Shown piece after piece: positions 9,277 through 19,481 of a DNA stretch of 62,844 bases. Every line of letters begins with the position of its first letter. The first letter of the stretch is position 1. The translations under genes and the position numbers were made by a program. Below the pieces are notes generated by a model. That model saw only the letters and a list, made by a program, of their open reading frames with translations, made no database searches and had not been told where the DNA came from. Source of the stretch: an uncultured Ectothiorhodospiraceae bacterium (lineage in GTDB: Bacteria; Pseudomonadota; Gammaproteobacteria; SZUA-152); NCBI GenBank assembly GCA_964645165.1, contig CAZXZI010000002.1:1-62844 (forward strand). Direction: 5' to 3'.

Positions 9277-10029
9277 CTACTGCATTCTTGTGACCACCAC
9301 CTTCGCCGCTTGGCCCAGCCAACGATGAGACTCATCCAGGGCCGATGTGGTGAGGCCGTCGTCTGCCGTCACCACGCCCCGGTGGATGGTCAGCCTGTCC
9401 AGGTCATCCCGCGCGACGTTAAAGCCTTCACCGCCCGCCGCCGGCCCGGGCATGGTGCCCGCGGTTTCCGTGTTGGCCTCGGTTCCCGCATCAAACACGT
9501 GGCTGAGGGTGGAAAGGCTCTCACCCACCGCCAGACCACCGATGCTCCAGTTGCGTACGCCGGTGAAGGCATCATTGGTGTTGGCCAACATACTGGCCAC
9601 GCTGAGTTGCAGACTGGCGGTGTGGTTCACACTGATAGACACCGTCTCCGAGCTGCCGGGAGCGAAAGGGCCGTTGCTGGAGCTGGCACTCATGGCGACT
9701 GCGTTGTTGGTATCGGCATCGGCGAGGAAGGCCGCAGGGTCGCCGGACTCGGCCAGGGTTTCCAGCCCCACCGTCACTGCCGAGCCCAGTTGCCAGGGTT
9801 GGTAACCAGACTCGTGAATCACCACACCCAGGGGCGTGAAGGGTTGTCCGTTGGTCAGATTGTGCACGGTGACCCGGTAGGTGGCCTGCGTTGCCATCGT
9901 GCCATTGTTGTCATCGCTTGAGCAGGCGCTGAGTGTTAGCAGTCCTGTGGCGATGGCGGCAATGCCCAGATAGCGTGACAACCGTGGCTGTACGGTATGC
10001 GTTTGGGTAAAACGATTAATTATTCCCAT
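9277..10029 (-). CDS. Spondin_N domain lipoprotein (paralog 1)
   Basis: GGAGG precedes the ATG at 10029. A lipobox LLTLSAC is present. YRVTVHNLTNGQPFTP, ANTNDAF, FDAGTEANTE and IHRGV match bacterial spondin-domain proteins. Confidence 0.8.
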   Translation of the reverse strand: MGIINRFTQTHTVQPRLSRYLGIAAIATGLLTLSACSSDDNNGTMATQATYRVTVHNLTNGQPFTPLGVVIHESGYQPWQLGSAVTVGLETLAESGDPAAFLADADTNNAVAMSASSSNGPFAPGSSETVSISVNHTASLQLSVASMLANTNDAFTGVRNWSIGGLAVGESLSTLSHVFDAGTEANTETAGTMPGPAAGGEGFNVARDDLDRLTIHRGVVTADDGLTTSALDESHRWLGQAAKVVVTRMQ

Positions 10030-10042
10030 GACATCCTCCCGT

Positions 10043-10810
10043 TTACGGTGTGACGGTGACAGTGATTTTCGCCACCGGGTTTTGCCAGCGGTGAATGCTG
10101 CTGACCAGGTCGCTGTTGCCACCAGTGGGGTTTTGATCACCCAGCACACCGCGATGCACATGAATGTTGGTGTTGGTGTCGGCGCTGCCGGGTACGACCA
10201 CCCCCGTGCCATTCGTGCCCGCATCACCGCCGGGTGCGCCGGGCATCATGCCAACGTCGGTGTAGGCGCAGGCACCGGAGGTCATTAGCGTTTCATCATT
10301 GCCCTCGGTGCCGGCATCGTAGGCGTTGACGTAGTAGGTGTAAGTGCCCGCTGCGTTGGGGATGCTTTGTGATTCCAGCCCCAGAAAACCATCATTGGTG
10401 GGCAGCACCATGGCCACCACGCTGAGATTGGTCGCCGTGGTGACCAACATGGCCGTGGTGCTGGCACCGGGAGCCAACACGCCGCCGGCCGGATCGGCGA
10501 TGGTGTCTGCATCGATGGCACCCACTTCCGCAGTAGCCAGCAGCGGGTTGAGGTGTCCGCACTCGGCCATGTGCTCAATGGGCAAAGGAGCGGGCATGCC
10601 GACCTGGAACAAATGCATGCTGCTGTCGTGAGCAGTGAGCAGCAACGGTGTGAAGTGGTTGCCATGGGTGAGATTGGTGACGGTGACATCCCAGGTGGCG
10701 GCCTGGGCGATGTTCGTCCCAAAGGCGGTGGTGAGGCCTGCGGCCAGTGCCAATGTGAGTGCGTGTTTGCGCAAGCCGGTACGGGATGCAGGGCGTGTGT
10801 TTCCTTTCAT
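10043..10810 (-). CDS. Spondin_N domain secreted protein (paralog 2)
   Basis: GGAGG precedes the ATG at 10810. A signal peptide ends in NIAQA. WDVTVTNLTHGNHFTP, LPTNDGF, YDAGTEGNDE and VHRGV are present. Confidence 0.8.
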   Translation of the reverse strand: MKGNTRPASRTGLRKHALTLALAAGLTTAFGTNIAQAATWDVTVTNLTHGNHFTPLLLTAHDSSMHLFQVGMPAPLPIEHMAECGHLNPLLATAEVGAIDADTIADPAGGVLAPGASTTAMLVTTATNLSVVAMVLPTNDGFLGLESQSIPNAAGTYTYYVNAYDAGTEGNDETLMTSGACAYTDVGMMPGAPGGDAGTNGTGVVVPGSADTNTNIHVHRGVLGDQNPTGGNSDLVSSIHRWQNPVAKITVTVTP

Positions 10811-11112
10811 GATGAACCTCCGAGTAGATGAAATAGCGGTTGTTATTCCGCACAAGCCCTGATGGGACGGTGCGAGCTCAGCCAGTGTCTGCTCTTCAAG
10901 TTGTGCAAACATCACGATTCCATCACGAATTGTTCACGTTTTATGTTCTGAGGTTTTTAAGGTTTTGAGGTTTTGTTTGGCGGCGACCAGGGATTATTAT
11001 CCTTGTCGCAATGAGGGATGCTTTAAGGTGTGTGCATTGTGCTACGGGCAGCAGCGGGGCGCGGTTGATTGCTCGGGCTTGTCTTTGTTTCTGTGAGTAT
11101 CCCGGCAGTGGA

Positions 11113-14100
11113 TTATTCCTTCCACTTCTGGATGCGCCCATTATAGGAATCTGCAATATACAGTTTGCCGTCCTGGCCCATGGCGACATCCTCGGGATTG
11201 TTGAAATAACCCAGCGCGGTGCCATAAGTGCCTGTTACCTCCCCGGTCTGCCAGCCGTATTGACCATTGCCGATCCAGCCGATGGCGTTGCCGGCGGCAT
11301 CCCATTTGTACACGCTGTGTGACCAGGCGTTGGCGACGTAGATATTGCCGGCGACATCGAGGTTGATTCCGTAGACCTTGGTGAATGCGCCGAAGGCCGT
11401 GCTGTCACTGGCAGGTGCGGTGCCGGTCTGCCAGCCGTTCATGCCGCCGCCAATCCAGCCCAGCCGGTTGCCGCTGCTGTCCCATTTCTGCACCCGCCAG
11501 TTTTCGCTGTCGGCGACGTAGATATTGCCGGCGCTGTCCACGGCGATGCCCATGGGCCATTTGAAGCTGCCGTTGCCTGTACCTGTCGCCGGTGCCGTGC
11601 CGGTCTGCCAACCATCCGCGCCACCGCCGATCCAACCGACATAGTTTCCGGCGGTATCCCATTTTTGCACGCGATGGTTCCAGTAATCGGCCGCATAAAT
11701 ATTGCCGGAGTCGTCGAGGGCGATGCCGTAGATACCATCGAACTGGCCATCACCACTGCCTCTGACAGGGGCGGTACCCGTTTGCCAACCGTTTGTGCCG
11801 CCGCCAATCCAGCCCAGGCGGTTGCCGCTGCTGTCCCATTTCTGTATCCGATTATTGGCGTAGTCGGCAATGTAGATATTGCCGGCGGCATCGAGGTGTA
11901 CCTTGGTCGGGGTGTCGAATTGGCCATTGCCTACACCCGATAACGGAGCCATGCCGGTTTGCCAGCCATCGCTGCCGCCACCGATCCAGCCCAGGTAATT
12001 GCCGGCACTGTTCCATTTCTGGATACGATTATTGCCAGAATCCGCGGCAAAAATGTTGCCGCTTGTATCGATAGCCAGACCGGTAGAGCCGGAGAACTCG
12101 GCATCACCCGGACGCCCGGAATCGGGTGCGCTACCGGTCTGCCAGCCGTTGCTGCCACCGCCGATCCAACCTTCGAAGGAAAACGGTGTGTAAGCGAAGC
12201 CAGCGGTGGCGGTGGTTTGCCACCAGGGGATGCCTGCCATGCTGACCACCACGTTGGCATAGCCCGGATTGCCCGCAGGTGTTGTGGCCATGACGGTGGT
12301 GTCATCGACGACGGTAACGCCGAGGGCAGGGATACCACCGATGCTGACTTGTGCCTTGGGTCGGAAATAAGCGCCGCTGATGGTGATGCTGGTACCGCCG
12401 GCGACGGAGCCGGTGGTGGGGTTGATACTGGTGATGCTGGGTAGCGGTTCAGGGAATTGGCTGGGGTCAACGGCGGGGTCATACAGGCCGCCGGTGGCTA
12501 GAGAACTGGCAAATACCCCACCCCAGACCATGACCTTGCTGCCGTTCCAGAGAATACCGAACCCCTGCCCGGCAGCAGGGCGTCCGCTGGTCCAGGCGCC
12601 GGCCCAGCTGTCGGCGACCGGGTCGTATAACAGGTTGGTGCTGAATTCATACATTCGGGAACCCGTCCACACCGCCCGTGCGTAGGGGAAGGTGGGAGTT
12701 ACGGGGGGTGGCAGGGCAGCCACTTGCCAGGTGTTTGTACTAGGATTGTAGCGGGCGGCGCTGTTGTTGAAGGTGGCGGATGAGCTGTCAGTGTCACCAC
12801 CATAAACAATCATTTCCGCACCGCTCCAAACGGTGGCGTGCTGGCGACGGGGGCTGGGCGCATTGCTATTTGTTATCACCGTCCAGCTGTCGGTGGTTGG
12901 GTCATAACGGGCGCCGGTGTTGAGGTAGGTGGTGTCGCTGCTGCCTCCCCAAACGAGCATTTCGCTACCCGTCCACACGGCGCTGTGCCAGGCGCGGGGA
13001 CTGGGGGCGCTACTGGTTTGCAGAGGAGTCCAGGTGTCGGTGATGGGGTCGTAAGCGGCGCCGGTCGACAGCCCCTGAGCACCACAGGCCGTGCACGCGT
13101 CGCCGCCCCAGATGATCATTTCACTGCCGGTCCACACGGCGCTGTGTCCGAATCGCGCCGATGGGGCATTGATGGAGGAGAGAGACGTCCAGGTATCGGT
13201 TTGCGGGTTGTAGCGGGCGCCCGTGCCAAGGGTGACGAAATCCGTGGAACCACTGAGCCCACCCCAAACGATCATCTCTGTTCCCGTCCACACGGCGGTG
13301 TGATCGTAGCGTGCCTGGGGTGCGCCAGTGGTGCTCATGGGTGACCAGGTGTTGCTGGCCGGGTCAAAACGTCCGCCGGTATTTTTGGCGATGGCATTGC
13401 CGTCATGCCCGCCCCAAACGAGCATTTCGCTGCCCGTCCAGACTGCTGTGTGTCGGGTGCGGGCAGCAGGGACATTGGCCGTGGAGGTGGCGGTCCAGAC
13501 CTTTTTGTATTCAAACAGTCCCTCGGTAATTGCCACCTGACAGTCAGGATTGACAATGGCAACGTCGGCACCACCTAGTTCGCCGGCAGGGATGAAGCCG
13601 CTGATGTTGTTTGCGCCGTTGATGAGTACCGAGCTGGCCAGTTTGTTGGCGATGGTCAGTTGGGCGCTGGACTGAAAATTACTTCCCGTTAACGCCAGGA
13701 GGTTGCCGCCATCCACGGCGCCTGCATTGGGGGTGAGTGCCGTTATGGTGGGTGCGGCGGCGCTCAGTACATCGCTGCGGGTCAAGACCCAGACTTCTCC
13801 ATCCGAATCGGAACTCTTGATGCCGCCGACTCCCAGGGCATACCAGGCGGAACCGGTGAGCAGGCCATCGTTGACGGAAAAATCCAGACGAACGCTATCC
13901 GCAAAGGTGCCGGCGGGCACCGTGACTGTCTCACGAGCCGCGTAGGTTATGGCGAATTTGAACGGCGTGGATATGCCACCAAAGTTCAGGTTTCCGCTGG
14001 TGGTGATCGTCCTGCCGGCCTCCCAGTTATCGATGCCGTTGACGATGGGCGGGCTGCTGCTGACGAGGGTGCCGGTTTCATCGGCAAGCCCGTAGCTCAG

Positions 14101-14433
14101 GGTTTGCCCGTTGACGTAGGCTTCGTCCTCCCATTCGGTTGCAGATTCGCAGGTTCTGACTGTGGCCTGGCCATTGTAGGTAAGGCCATTGGTCCATACC
14201 TGGGTTTTTGTACCGGAGGCAGTCCCGGCAAGGGTAACGTCGTAACTGCGCGAGGTGCCCTTGGTGAGCGGATAGTAGTCGGAGTAATTGATCGGCGGTG
14301 GTTTGCTGACCTTGGGGCCGCTACCCCCTCCGCCCCCGCATCCTGCCAGCAACAGCAAAATCAGGGCGAGGCCACCGACCAGAAAAAGCCTGCGCTTGGC
14401 TTGCTGCCACGATAAAAAAATGCACACACCCAA
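11113..14433 (-). CDS. Large lipoprotein with an N-terminal beta domain, IPT/TIG, a Kelch beta-propeller, a second IPT/TIG and a six-blade NHL beta-propeller
   Basis: A lipobox LLLLAGC is present. Two IPT-like segments occur (ITALTPNAGAVDGGN..., ITSINPTTGSVAGGT...). About seven W(T/S)G(S/T)EM(L/I)VWGG Kelch blades are followed by six blades of about 59 aa each of the form GWIGGG.DGWQTG...G.F..P.G(I/V)..D..GNIY(I/V)AD..N.R(I/V)QKW. The exact start is uncertain (TTG 14433 or GTG 14427). Confidence 0.85.
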   Translation of the reverse strand: MGVCIFLSWQQAKRRLFLVGGLALILLLLAGCGGGGGSGPKVSKPPPINYSDYYPLTKGTSRSYDVTLAGTASGTKTQVWTNGLTYNGQATVRTCESATEWEDEAYVNGQTLSYGLADETGTLVSSSPPIVNGIDNWEAGRTITTSGNLNFGGISTPFKFAITYAARETVTVPAGTFADSVRLDFSVNDGLLTGSAWYALGVGGIKSSDSDGEVWVLTRSDVLSAAAPTITALTPNAGAVDGGNLLALTGSNFQSSAQLTIANKLASSVLINGANNISGFIPAGELGGADVAIVNPDCQVAITEGLFEYKKVWTATSTANVPAARTRHTAVWTGSEMLVWGGHDGNAIAKNTGGRFDPASNTWSPMSTTGAPQARYDHTAVWTGTEMIVWGGLSGSTDFVTLGTGARYNPQTDTWTSLSSINAPSARFGHSAVWTGSEMIIWGGDACTACGAQGLSTGAAYDPITDTWTPLQTSSAPSPRAWHSAVWTGSEMLVWGGSSDTTYLNTGARYDPTTDSWTVITNSNAPSPRRQHATVWSGAEMIVYGGDTDSSSATFNNSAARYNPSTNTWQVAALPPPVTPTFPYARAVWTGSRMYEFSTNLLYDPVADSWAGAWTSGRPAAGQGFGILWNGSKVMVWGGVFASSLATGGLYDPAVDPSQFPEPLPSITSINPTTGSVAGGTSITISGAYFRPKAQVSIGGIPALGVTVVDDTTVMATTPAGNPGYANVVVSMAGIPWWQTTATAGFAYTPFSFEGWIGGGSNGWQTGSAPDSGRPGDAEFSGSTGLAIDTSGNIFAADSGNNRIQKWNSAGNYLGWIGGGSDGWQTGMAPLSGVGNGQFDTPTKVHLDAAGNIYIADYANNRIQKWDSSGNRLGWIGGGTNGWQTGTAPVRGSGDGQFDGIYGIALDDSGNIYAADYWNHRVQKWDTAGNYVGWIGGGADGWQTGTAPATGTGNGSFKWPMGIAVDSAGNIYVADSENWRVQKWDSSGNRLGWIGGGMNGWQTGTAPASDSTAFGAFTKVYGINLDVAGNIYVANAWSHSVYKWDAAGNAIGWIGNGQYGWQTGEVTGTYGTALGYFNNPEDVAMGQDGKLYIADSYNGRIQKWKE

Positions 14434-14724
14434 CCTCCGCCCCTTGTCGGTTTATTGCAGGGGAACAAACTAACTATGGATGGGATTAAGGGCCATTTCA
14501 ACCAACGAATCTGGTGTATTTTTGTTTGGCTGTGTGCACGACTGATTTTCTGTCATACCGACCAACAAAACCCAATTTGAGGTGAGGCGTTTTCAGCCAA
14601 TAAAGCATTTTGTGTTCCGCAGGGTGGGCTTTGCCAACCAGCTGCACCTTAATCATGTCTCAACGGAGGGCACAGCCGACACCAGGAAACAGTGTTTTGT
14701 GTAGAGAGCAAGTCTTTTTATTGA

Positions 14725-15546
14725 CTAACAACAACACCCACCCGGCTTGACCGCTTCAATGGTGGCGGACAACACATAATCTTCCACCCCGCGCCCTGGC
14801 GCCCAGTCTTTAATAAAGGCCTTGGACTCATCTTTCGGTGCGATACGAATTTGTTCAAAACCCGCCTCGGCCATGATCTTTTCCAGGTCACCAATGAGTT
14901 CTGCGCCCGCCATGCAGCCGGCGTGCAGCAAGGGATCATTTTTCATTTCTGCCGGCATTTTCGCACTGGCCACCACGTCGGAGATGGCCAGCCGGCCACC
15001 GGGTTTGAGGATGCGCAGGGCGTCACGGAACACCTGCGGCTTGTTGGGGGAAAGATTGATCACGCAGTTGGAAATAATCACGTCGGCGGTGTTGTCGGCC
15101 ACCGGTAGATGCTCGATCTCGCCGAGGCGAAATTCCACCTGCGTGTATTTACCTTTTTGTGCGTTGGCGCGGGCCTTGCTGGTCATGGTGGGGGTCATGT
15201 CGATGCCGATGATGTGGCCGGTTTCGCCCACTTCCTGCGCGGCGAGAAAGGCGTCAAAGCCGCCGCCGCTGCCCAGGTCCACTACCACTTCGCCGGGTTT
15301 GAGGCTGGCAATGGCGCGCGGATTGCCACAACCCAGACCCATGTCCGCACCGTCGGGTACGGCGTTCAGGTCGTCCTGTGAATAGCCCATGCGCGTGGAG
15401 ATCAACGTGTTGATGGCCGTATCGTCAGAAACGCCGCAGCAGCTGGACTCAACCCCACAGCCATCGCCGGCATTGCTGGCCTCGGCCACTTCTGCATAAC
15501 TCTCGCGTACGTTTTGGCGAATGTCGTCCTGTTTTTTGTGATCCAT
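14725..15546 (-). CDS. arsM: Arsenite S-adenosylmethionine methyltransferase (ArsM-like)
   Basis: IRQNVRESYA, the cysteine pair SSCCG, GLGCGNP, the SAM motif VVDLGSGGGFD, ISNCVINL and ILKPGGRLAISD are present. Start at MDHKKQ follows GGAG. Confidence 0.8.
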   Translation of the reverse strand: MDHKKQDDIRQNVRESYAEVAEASNAGDGCGVESSCCGVSDDTAINTLISTRMGYSQDDLNAVPDGADMGLGCGNPRAIASLKPGEVVVDLGSGGGFDAFLAAQEVGETGHIIGIDMTPTMTSKARANAQKGKYTQVEFRLGEIEHLPVADNTADVIISNCVINLSPNKPQVFRDALRILKPGGRLAISDVVASAKMPAEMKNDPLLHAGCMAGAELIGDLEKIMAEAGFEQIRIAPKDESKAFIKDWAPGRGVEDYVLSATIEAVKPGGCCC

Positions 15547-15723
15547 GGGAGGCTCCTGAAAATAGCGGCGTAGACACGCGGGGATCGAAAATCGAGTGGC
15601 GTATATTAACTCAAAACGCGGAGCTTGAGCGACAACCCGCTTGCGCAGGGTAGACCCGGCAGGCAGGGGTTTATTACGCAAACGATGACGCACGCGATGA
15701 TAAAGCAAGGCTGTGGTGTTGGC

Positions 15724-16848
15724 TTACTGCCGGTGTAGGCTGAGGCTCAGTCCGTAAGCGCCGAGATCGGAGGCAAAGGGAGAATCGGATAACTCCTTGA
15801 GCGCCCCGCTGTGCGCATCAATGCGATATGCGCTGATGTTGCCTGCGCCATTATTCGCCACGTAGGCGTACTGGGTTTTGTCGTCCACCACTACGGCGTA
15901 AGGGAACCAGTCAGCGCGATAAGGTGAACCTTTCACCTCGGCCAGCTTGCCGCTGGTGCTGTCCAGGGTGAAGGCGCTGACATCGTGAGAACCCCAGTTG
16001 GCGGCATACACAAAGCGCTCGGTGGGATCCACGGTCACGGAATAGGGCTGGGCACCGGCCAGAAAGGGTGAGCCGGGCACCGCTGAAAGTTGCCCGGTTC
16101 TCTGATCGATACGGAACACCGACACCGTGGTGGAGCCGTAATTGGCGACAAAGGCAAAGTGTCCGCTGGGGGAAACCTTTATGTAAATGGGGCGGTCATC
16201 GGTAGCAGCGGGCGTGCCAGAGGGAGTTAATGCGCCGGTTTTGGCGTCCACACGATAGCTGTTGACGCTGGCGGCGTAAAAATTGCTGACGTAGGCAAAG
16301 TGTCCATCGGGACTCAGGGTCACGTCGATAGGATGCTCGCCGGTGGGGGTCTTGAGGCCAGTGTCGCGGATGGCACCGGTCGTGATGTCGCGGCGGAACA
16401 CAGCCACATTATTGTCGTCTTCATGCGTGATGTAGACGAAGTGATTGTCGGGGCTCAAATGCACAGAGTCGGGGTACTTGCCCACCGCAAAGGGCGAACC
16501 CGGAATGGCGTGCAGTCGGTCATCCGTCGTGGAGACCTCGAATACCGACACATCCCCCGAACCCTGATTGGTCACATACACAAAGCGCCCGTCCTGTGTG
16601 CTGTCTACCGATACCGGGTAGCGCCCGGTCTTGTAGGGCGAGCCCGGCACCTCGTGCAATTCGCCGTTGTGCAGATTCAGCCGGTAGACGGACATGTCGT
16701 GCGCCGCCTGATTGGCGGAGAACAACATGCGCGAGTCGCTATTGGCCAGCGTGCCGGCATAGCTCACGTTCATCAGACACAGTAAGCCCGCAAACAAACC
16801 GCCGAAGGACATCAGGCGGGCGTTTTTCCGGAGCTGGAAAAAAGGCAT
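15724..16848 (-). CDS. Secreted lactonase-type seven-blade beta-propeller protein
   Basis: A signal peptide is followed by repeated units of the form P(Y/I)...(S/T)PDG.F(A/V)YV(A/T)N...(S/V)VS(V/A)(F/Y), typical of this family. Confidence 0.8.
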   Translation of the reverse strand: MPFFQLRKNARLMSFGGLFAGLLCLMNVSYAGTLANSDSRMLFSANQAAHDMSVYRLNLHNGELHEVPGSPYKTGRYPVSVDSTQDGRFVYVTNQGSGDVSVFEVSTTDDRLHAIPGSPFAVGKYPDSVHLSPDNHFVYITHEDDNNVAVFRRDITTGAIRDTGLKTPTGEHPIDVTLSPDGHFAYVSNFYAASVNSYRVDAKTGALTPSGTPAATDDRPIYIKVSPSGHFAFVANYGSTTVSVFRIDQRTGQLSAVPGSPFLAGAQPYSVTVDPTERFVYAANWGSHDVSAFTLDSTSGKLAEVKGSPYRADWFPYAVVVDDKTQYAYVANNGAGNISAYRIDAHSGALKELSDSPFASDLGAYGLSLSLHRQ

Positions 16849-16994
16849 AAAAGTACAGCGGCGCAAATGGCCGCGAAAGGATTGTTCGTCCATGGTATTC
16901 CCCCCTAAATATGATCAACGGTTTTTTTTATGATTAGCAGCTTGAGCATATCACAGTCAAAGATGTCGATTTTGCCGGGGGAATGTGTGTTTTA

Positions 16995-19334
16995 TCAGGC
17001 CGTGCGCTGTTGGGCCGGTGGTGTTGCGGGGCTGCTCCCCAGTTTTTTCCGTAAGGTCTGCGCCGCGGCCACCATGTTGTGCAGTGCCGCTTCCACTTCC
17101 GGCCAGCCGCGGGTCTTCAGTCCGCAATCCGGGTTCACCCACAGGCGCTCGGCGGGGATATGTTTGGCGGCCTTTTTCATCAGTTCGATGATCTGCTGGG
17201 TGTTGGGAACATTGGGCGAGTGGATGTCGTACACCCCGGGGCCGATCTCGTTAGGGTAGACGAAATCCTCGAAGGCCTCCAGCAATTCCATGTCGGAGCG
17301 CGAGGTCTCGATGGTAATCACGTCGGCGTCCATGGCCGCCACGGATGCGATGATGTCATTGAATTCCGAGTAACACATGTGGGTGTGAATCTGGGTTCTG
17401 TCCTGCACACCACTTGCAGTTAGACGAAAGGCGTTCACCGACCAGTCAAGGTAGTTTTGCCAGTCGGCCTTGCGCAGCGGCAGGCCTTCACGCAATGCCG
17501 CCTCGTCGATCTGGATCACGCCGATACCGGCACTTTCCAGATCGGTCACCTCATCGCGCAGTGCCAGAGCGATCTGTTTGCCGGTAGCGGCACGGGGTTG
17601 GTCGTCACGCACGAAGGACCAGTTGAGTATCGTCACCGGGCCGGTGAGCATGCCCTTCATGGGTTTGTCCGTGAGTGACTGTGCATATTGCGCCCACTCC
17701 ACGGTCATCGCCCGGGGACGGCTCACGTCGCCAAAGATCACCGGCGGCTTCACGCAACGTGAACCGTAGGACTGCACCCAGCCATAGGCGGTAAACGCAA
17801 AACCATCCAGTTGCTCGCCGAAATATTCCACCATGTCGTTGCGTTCCGGCTCGCCGTGTACCAGCACGTCCAGTCCCAGGGCTTCCTGTTTTTTTACCAC
17901 CCGTGCAATTTCGTCGCGCATTTTTTGTTGATATGTTGGTGTGTCGATGTCCCCGTTTTTAAGGGCACGGCGGGTCTGGCGTATCTCCGGGGTCTGCGGG
18001 AAGGAGCCGATGGTGGTGGTGGGAAACAGGGGTAACTTCAACCATTCACGTTGTTGCGTGGCACGTTCGTGGTAAGCGGACTGGCGTTGGGCCATATCAG
18101 CGTTGATGGTGGCGACACGTGTTTGCACCGCAGGTTGATGAATGCGTGTGGACTCACGTCGACTGCGCACGGCATCGCGGGAAACCTGTAATGTGTCGAT
18201 TTGTGTTTCTGCACCGTCGTTCAATGTGTGTTGCAGCGTCACCAGTTCCTCGACTTTTTGCGTGGCGAAACTCAGCCAGGAGTGCAGTCCTGTATCGAGC
18301 CCGGGTTCCTGTTGCAAATCCACCGGCACATGCAACAGTGAGCAGGATGGCGCAATCCATAGTTCACCACTGAAGCGTTGACGCAGGTCGTCGAGGGTTT
18401 GCAGCGCTGCATCCAGATCGGTGCGCCAGATGTTGCGCCCGTCGATGATGCCCACTGACAACAGTTTGTGGCCGGGCAGCCAGTCCACCACCTTGTTCAC
18501 TTCGTCTGCGGCGCGCACCGCATCGATGTGCAAGCCTTCCACCGGCAGTGTGCAGGCGAGATTGAGATTGTCGCGTAGCGGGCCAAAATAGGTGGCCAGC
18601 AGACGTTTCAGGCCGCGAGTGTGTAACTGAAAATAGCTGGATTCAAAGGCGGCCTTCCAGTCTGCCGGTAAATCCAGCGCCAGAATGGGCTCGTCGATCT
18701 GCACCCATTCCACGTTCAACTCGGTCAGTTGCTGAAGAATTTGCTGGTAAACCGGAATGAGTTTGTCCAATAAGGTCAGTGCATCGAAATCCGTTTTGCT
18801 TTTACCTAACCATAAATAGGAAAGCGGGCCGAGGATCACCGGCTTGACCTTGTGCCCCAGCGCCTGTGCCTCGCGCACTTCGTCGAACAATTTGTTGGAG
18901 GCGAGGCGGAAGGTCTGTAGCGGCAAAAACTCCGGCACCAGATAGTGATAATTGGTATTGAACCATTTGGTCATCTCGCAAGCGGCGACAGCCTTGCCGC
19001 CGGGTGCGCGGCCACGGGCCATGCGGAAATAGGTATCCAGATCCACCTGCTCGCCAGACCACTGGAAACGCGGCGGCACCGCGCCGAGCAGACAGCTCAT
19101 GTCCAGCACCTGGTCGTAAAACGAAAAATCCCCCACCGGCACAACACCCAGCCCTGCATCGGCCTGCTGCCGCCAATGACGGGCGCGCAGCTCGGCGCCG
19201 GTCTGTGCCAGTTGCTCGGCGTCGATGTCGCCACGCCAGTAGGCCTCCTGGGCGAATTTCAACTCGCGCCGTGCGCCGATGCGCGGGAAACCGAGGTTGT
19301 GGCTGGTGATGGTTTTTTGTGAGGTGGTGGACAT
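16995..19334 (-). CDS. metE: Cobalamin-independent methionine synthase (5-methyltetrahydropteroyltriglutamate-homocysteine methyltransferase)
   Basis: [39 protein letters not shown] and [11 protein letters not shown] support a full-length two-domain MetE. Confidence 0.97.
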   Translation of the reverse strand: MSTTSQKTITSHNLGFPRIGARRELKFAQEAYWRGDIDAEQLAQTGAELRARHWRQQADAGLGVVPVGDFSFYDQVLDMSCLLGAVPPRFQWSGEQVDLDTYFRMARGRAPGGKAVAACEMTKWFNTNYHYLVPEFLPLQTFRLASNKLFDEVREAQALGHKVKPVILGPLSYLWLGKSKTDFDALTLLDKLIPVYQQILQQLTELNVEWVQIDEPILALDLPADWKAAFESSYFQLHTRGLKRLLATYFGPLRDNLNLACTLPVEGLHIDAVRAADEVNKVVDWLPGHKLLSVGIIDGRNIWRTDLDAALQTLDDLRQRFSGELWIAPSCSLLHVPVDLQQEPGLDTGLHSWLSFATQKVEELVTLQHTLNDGAETQIDTLQVSRDAVRSRRESTRIHQPAVQTRVATINADMAQRQSAYHERATQQREWLKLPLFPTTTIGSFPQTPEIRQTRRALKNGDIDTPTYQQKMRDEIARVVKKQEALGLDVLVHGEPERNDMVEYFGEQLDGFAFTAYGWVQSYGSRCVKPPVIFGDVSRPRAMTVEWAQYAQSLTDKPMKGMLTGPVTILNWSFVRDDQPRAATGKQIALALRDEVTDLESAGIGVIQIDEAALREGLPLRKADWQNYLDWSVNAFRLTASGVQDRTQIHTHMCYSEFNDIIASVAAMDADVITIETSRSDMELLEAFEDFVYPNEIGPGVYDIHSPNVPNTQQIIELMKKAAKHIPAERLWVNPDCGLKTRGWPEVEAALHNMVAAAQTLRKKLGSSPATPPAQQRTA

Positions 19335-19349
19335 GCCGTGCTCCTGTTT

Positions 19350-19400
19350 AACCCCCTCTCCCCTTGAGGGGTGAGGGGTGAGGGTTGGGGTGAGGGGTGA
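19350..19400. repeat. REP-like element, family B (ccctctcccc / ggggtgagggg type), in the metE leader
   Basis: The sequence aaccccctctccccttgaggggtgaggggtgagggttggggtgaggggtga is near-identical to copies at 25658-25762. Confidence 0.8.
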
Positions 19401-19468
19401 TTGCGTTGAGGTCGATTATTGAACTCTCAACGTACAACTTGCGGCGCAGTATGGTGCTTGGGTACTAT

Positions 19469-19481
19469 TGAGTAAATTTCA
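19469..19481. promoter_or_regulatory. Candidate MetR operator (TGAA-N5-TTCA-like)
   Basis: TGAGTAAATTTCA matches 7 of the 8 specified positions of the enterobacterial MetR consensus. It lies about 135 bp upstream of the metE ATG. Confidence 0.3.

Noticed and set aside
9310-10862. Plus-strand ORFs of up to 203 aa opposite the two spondin genes.
   Set aside because: These are shadow ORFs of GC-rich genes. The minus-strand frames have RBSs, signal peptides and family motifs.
11113-12200. Regular sequence periodicity of about 177 nt, which could suggest a tandem repeat or a CRISPR-like array.
   Set aside because: The periodicity is coding (NHL blades). The units are diverged apart from short segments, and there are no spacer-like unique inserts between identical repeats.
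11405-13574. Many 60-180-aa ORFs on both strands inside the Kelch/NHL gene (e.g. 11439-11927, 11931-12482, 12838-13344).
   Set aside because: They are by-products of GC-rich, repetitive coding sequence and give Pro/Ala/Arg-rich translations with no motifs. Only the 1106-aa minus-strand frame shows coherent domain repeats.
16957-19322. Antisense and off-frame ORFs within metE (e.g. 18802-19176, 18945-19322, 17079-17423).
   Set aside because: They are embedded in a full-length, strongly conserved MetE frame. Their Arg/Ala/Gly-rich translations are typical of GC-rich shadow ORFs.
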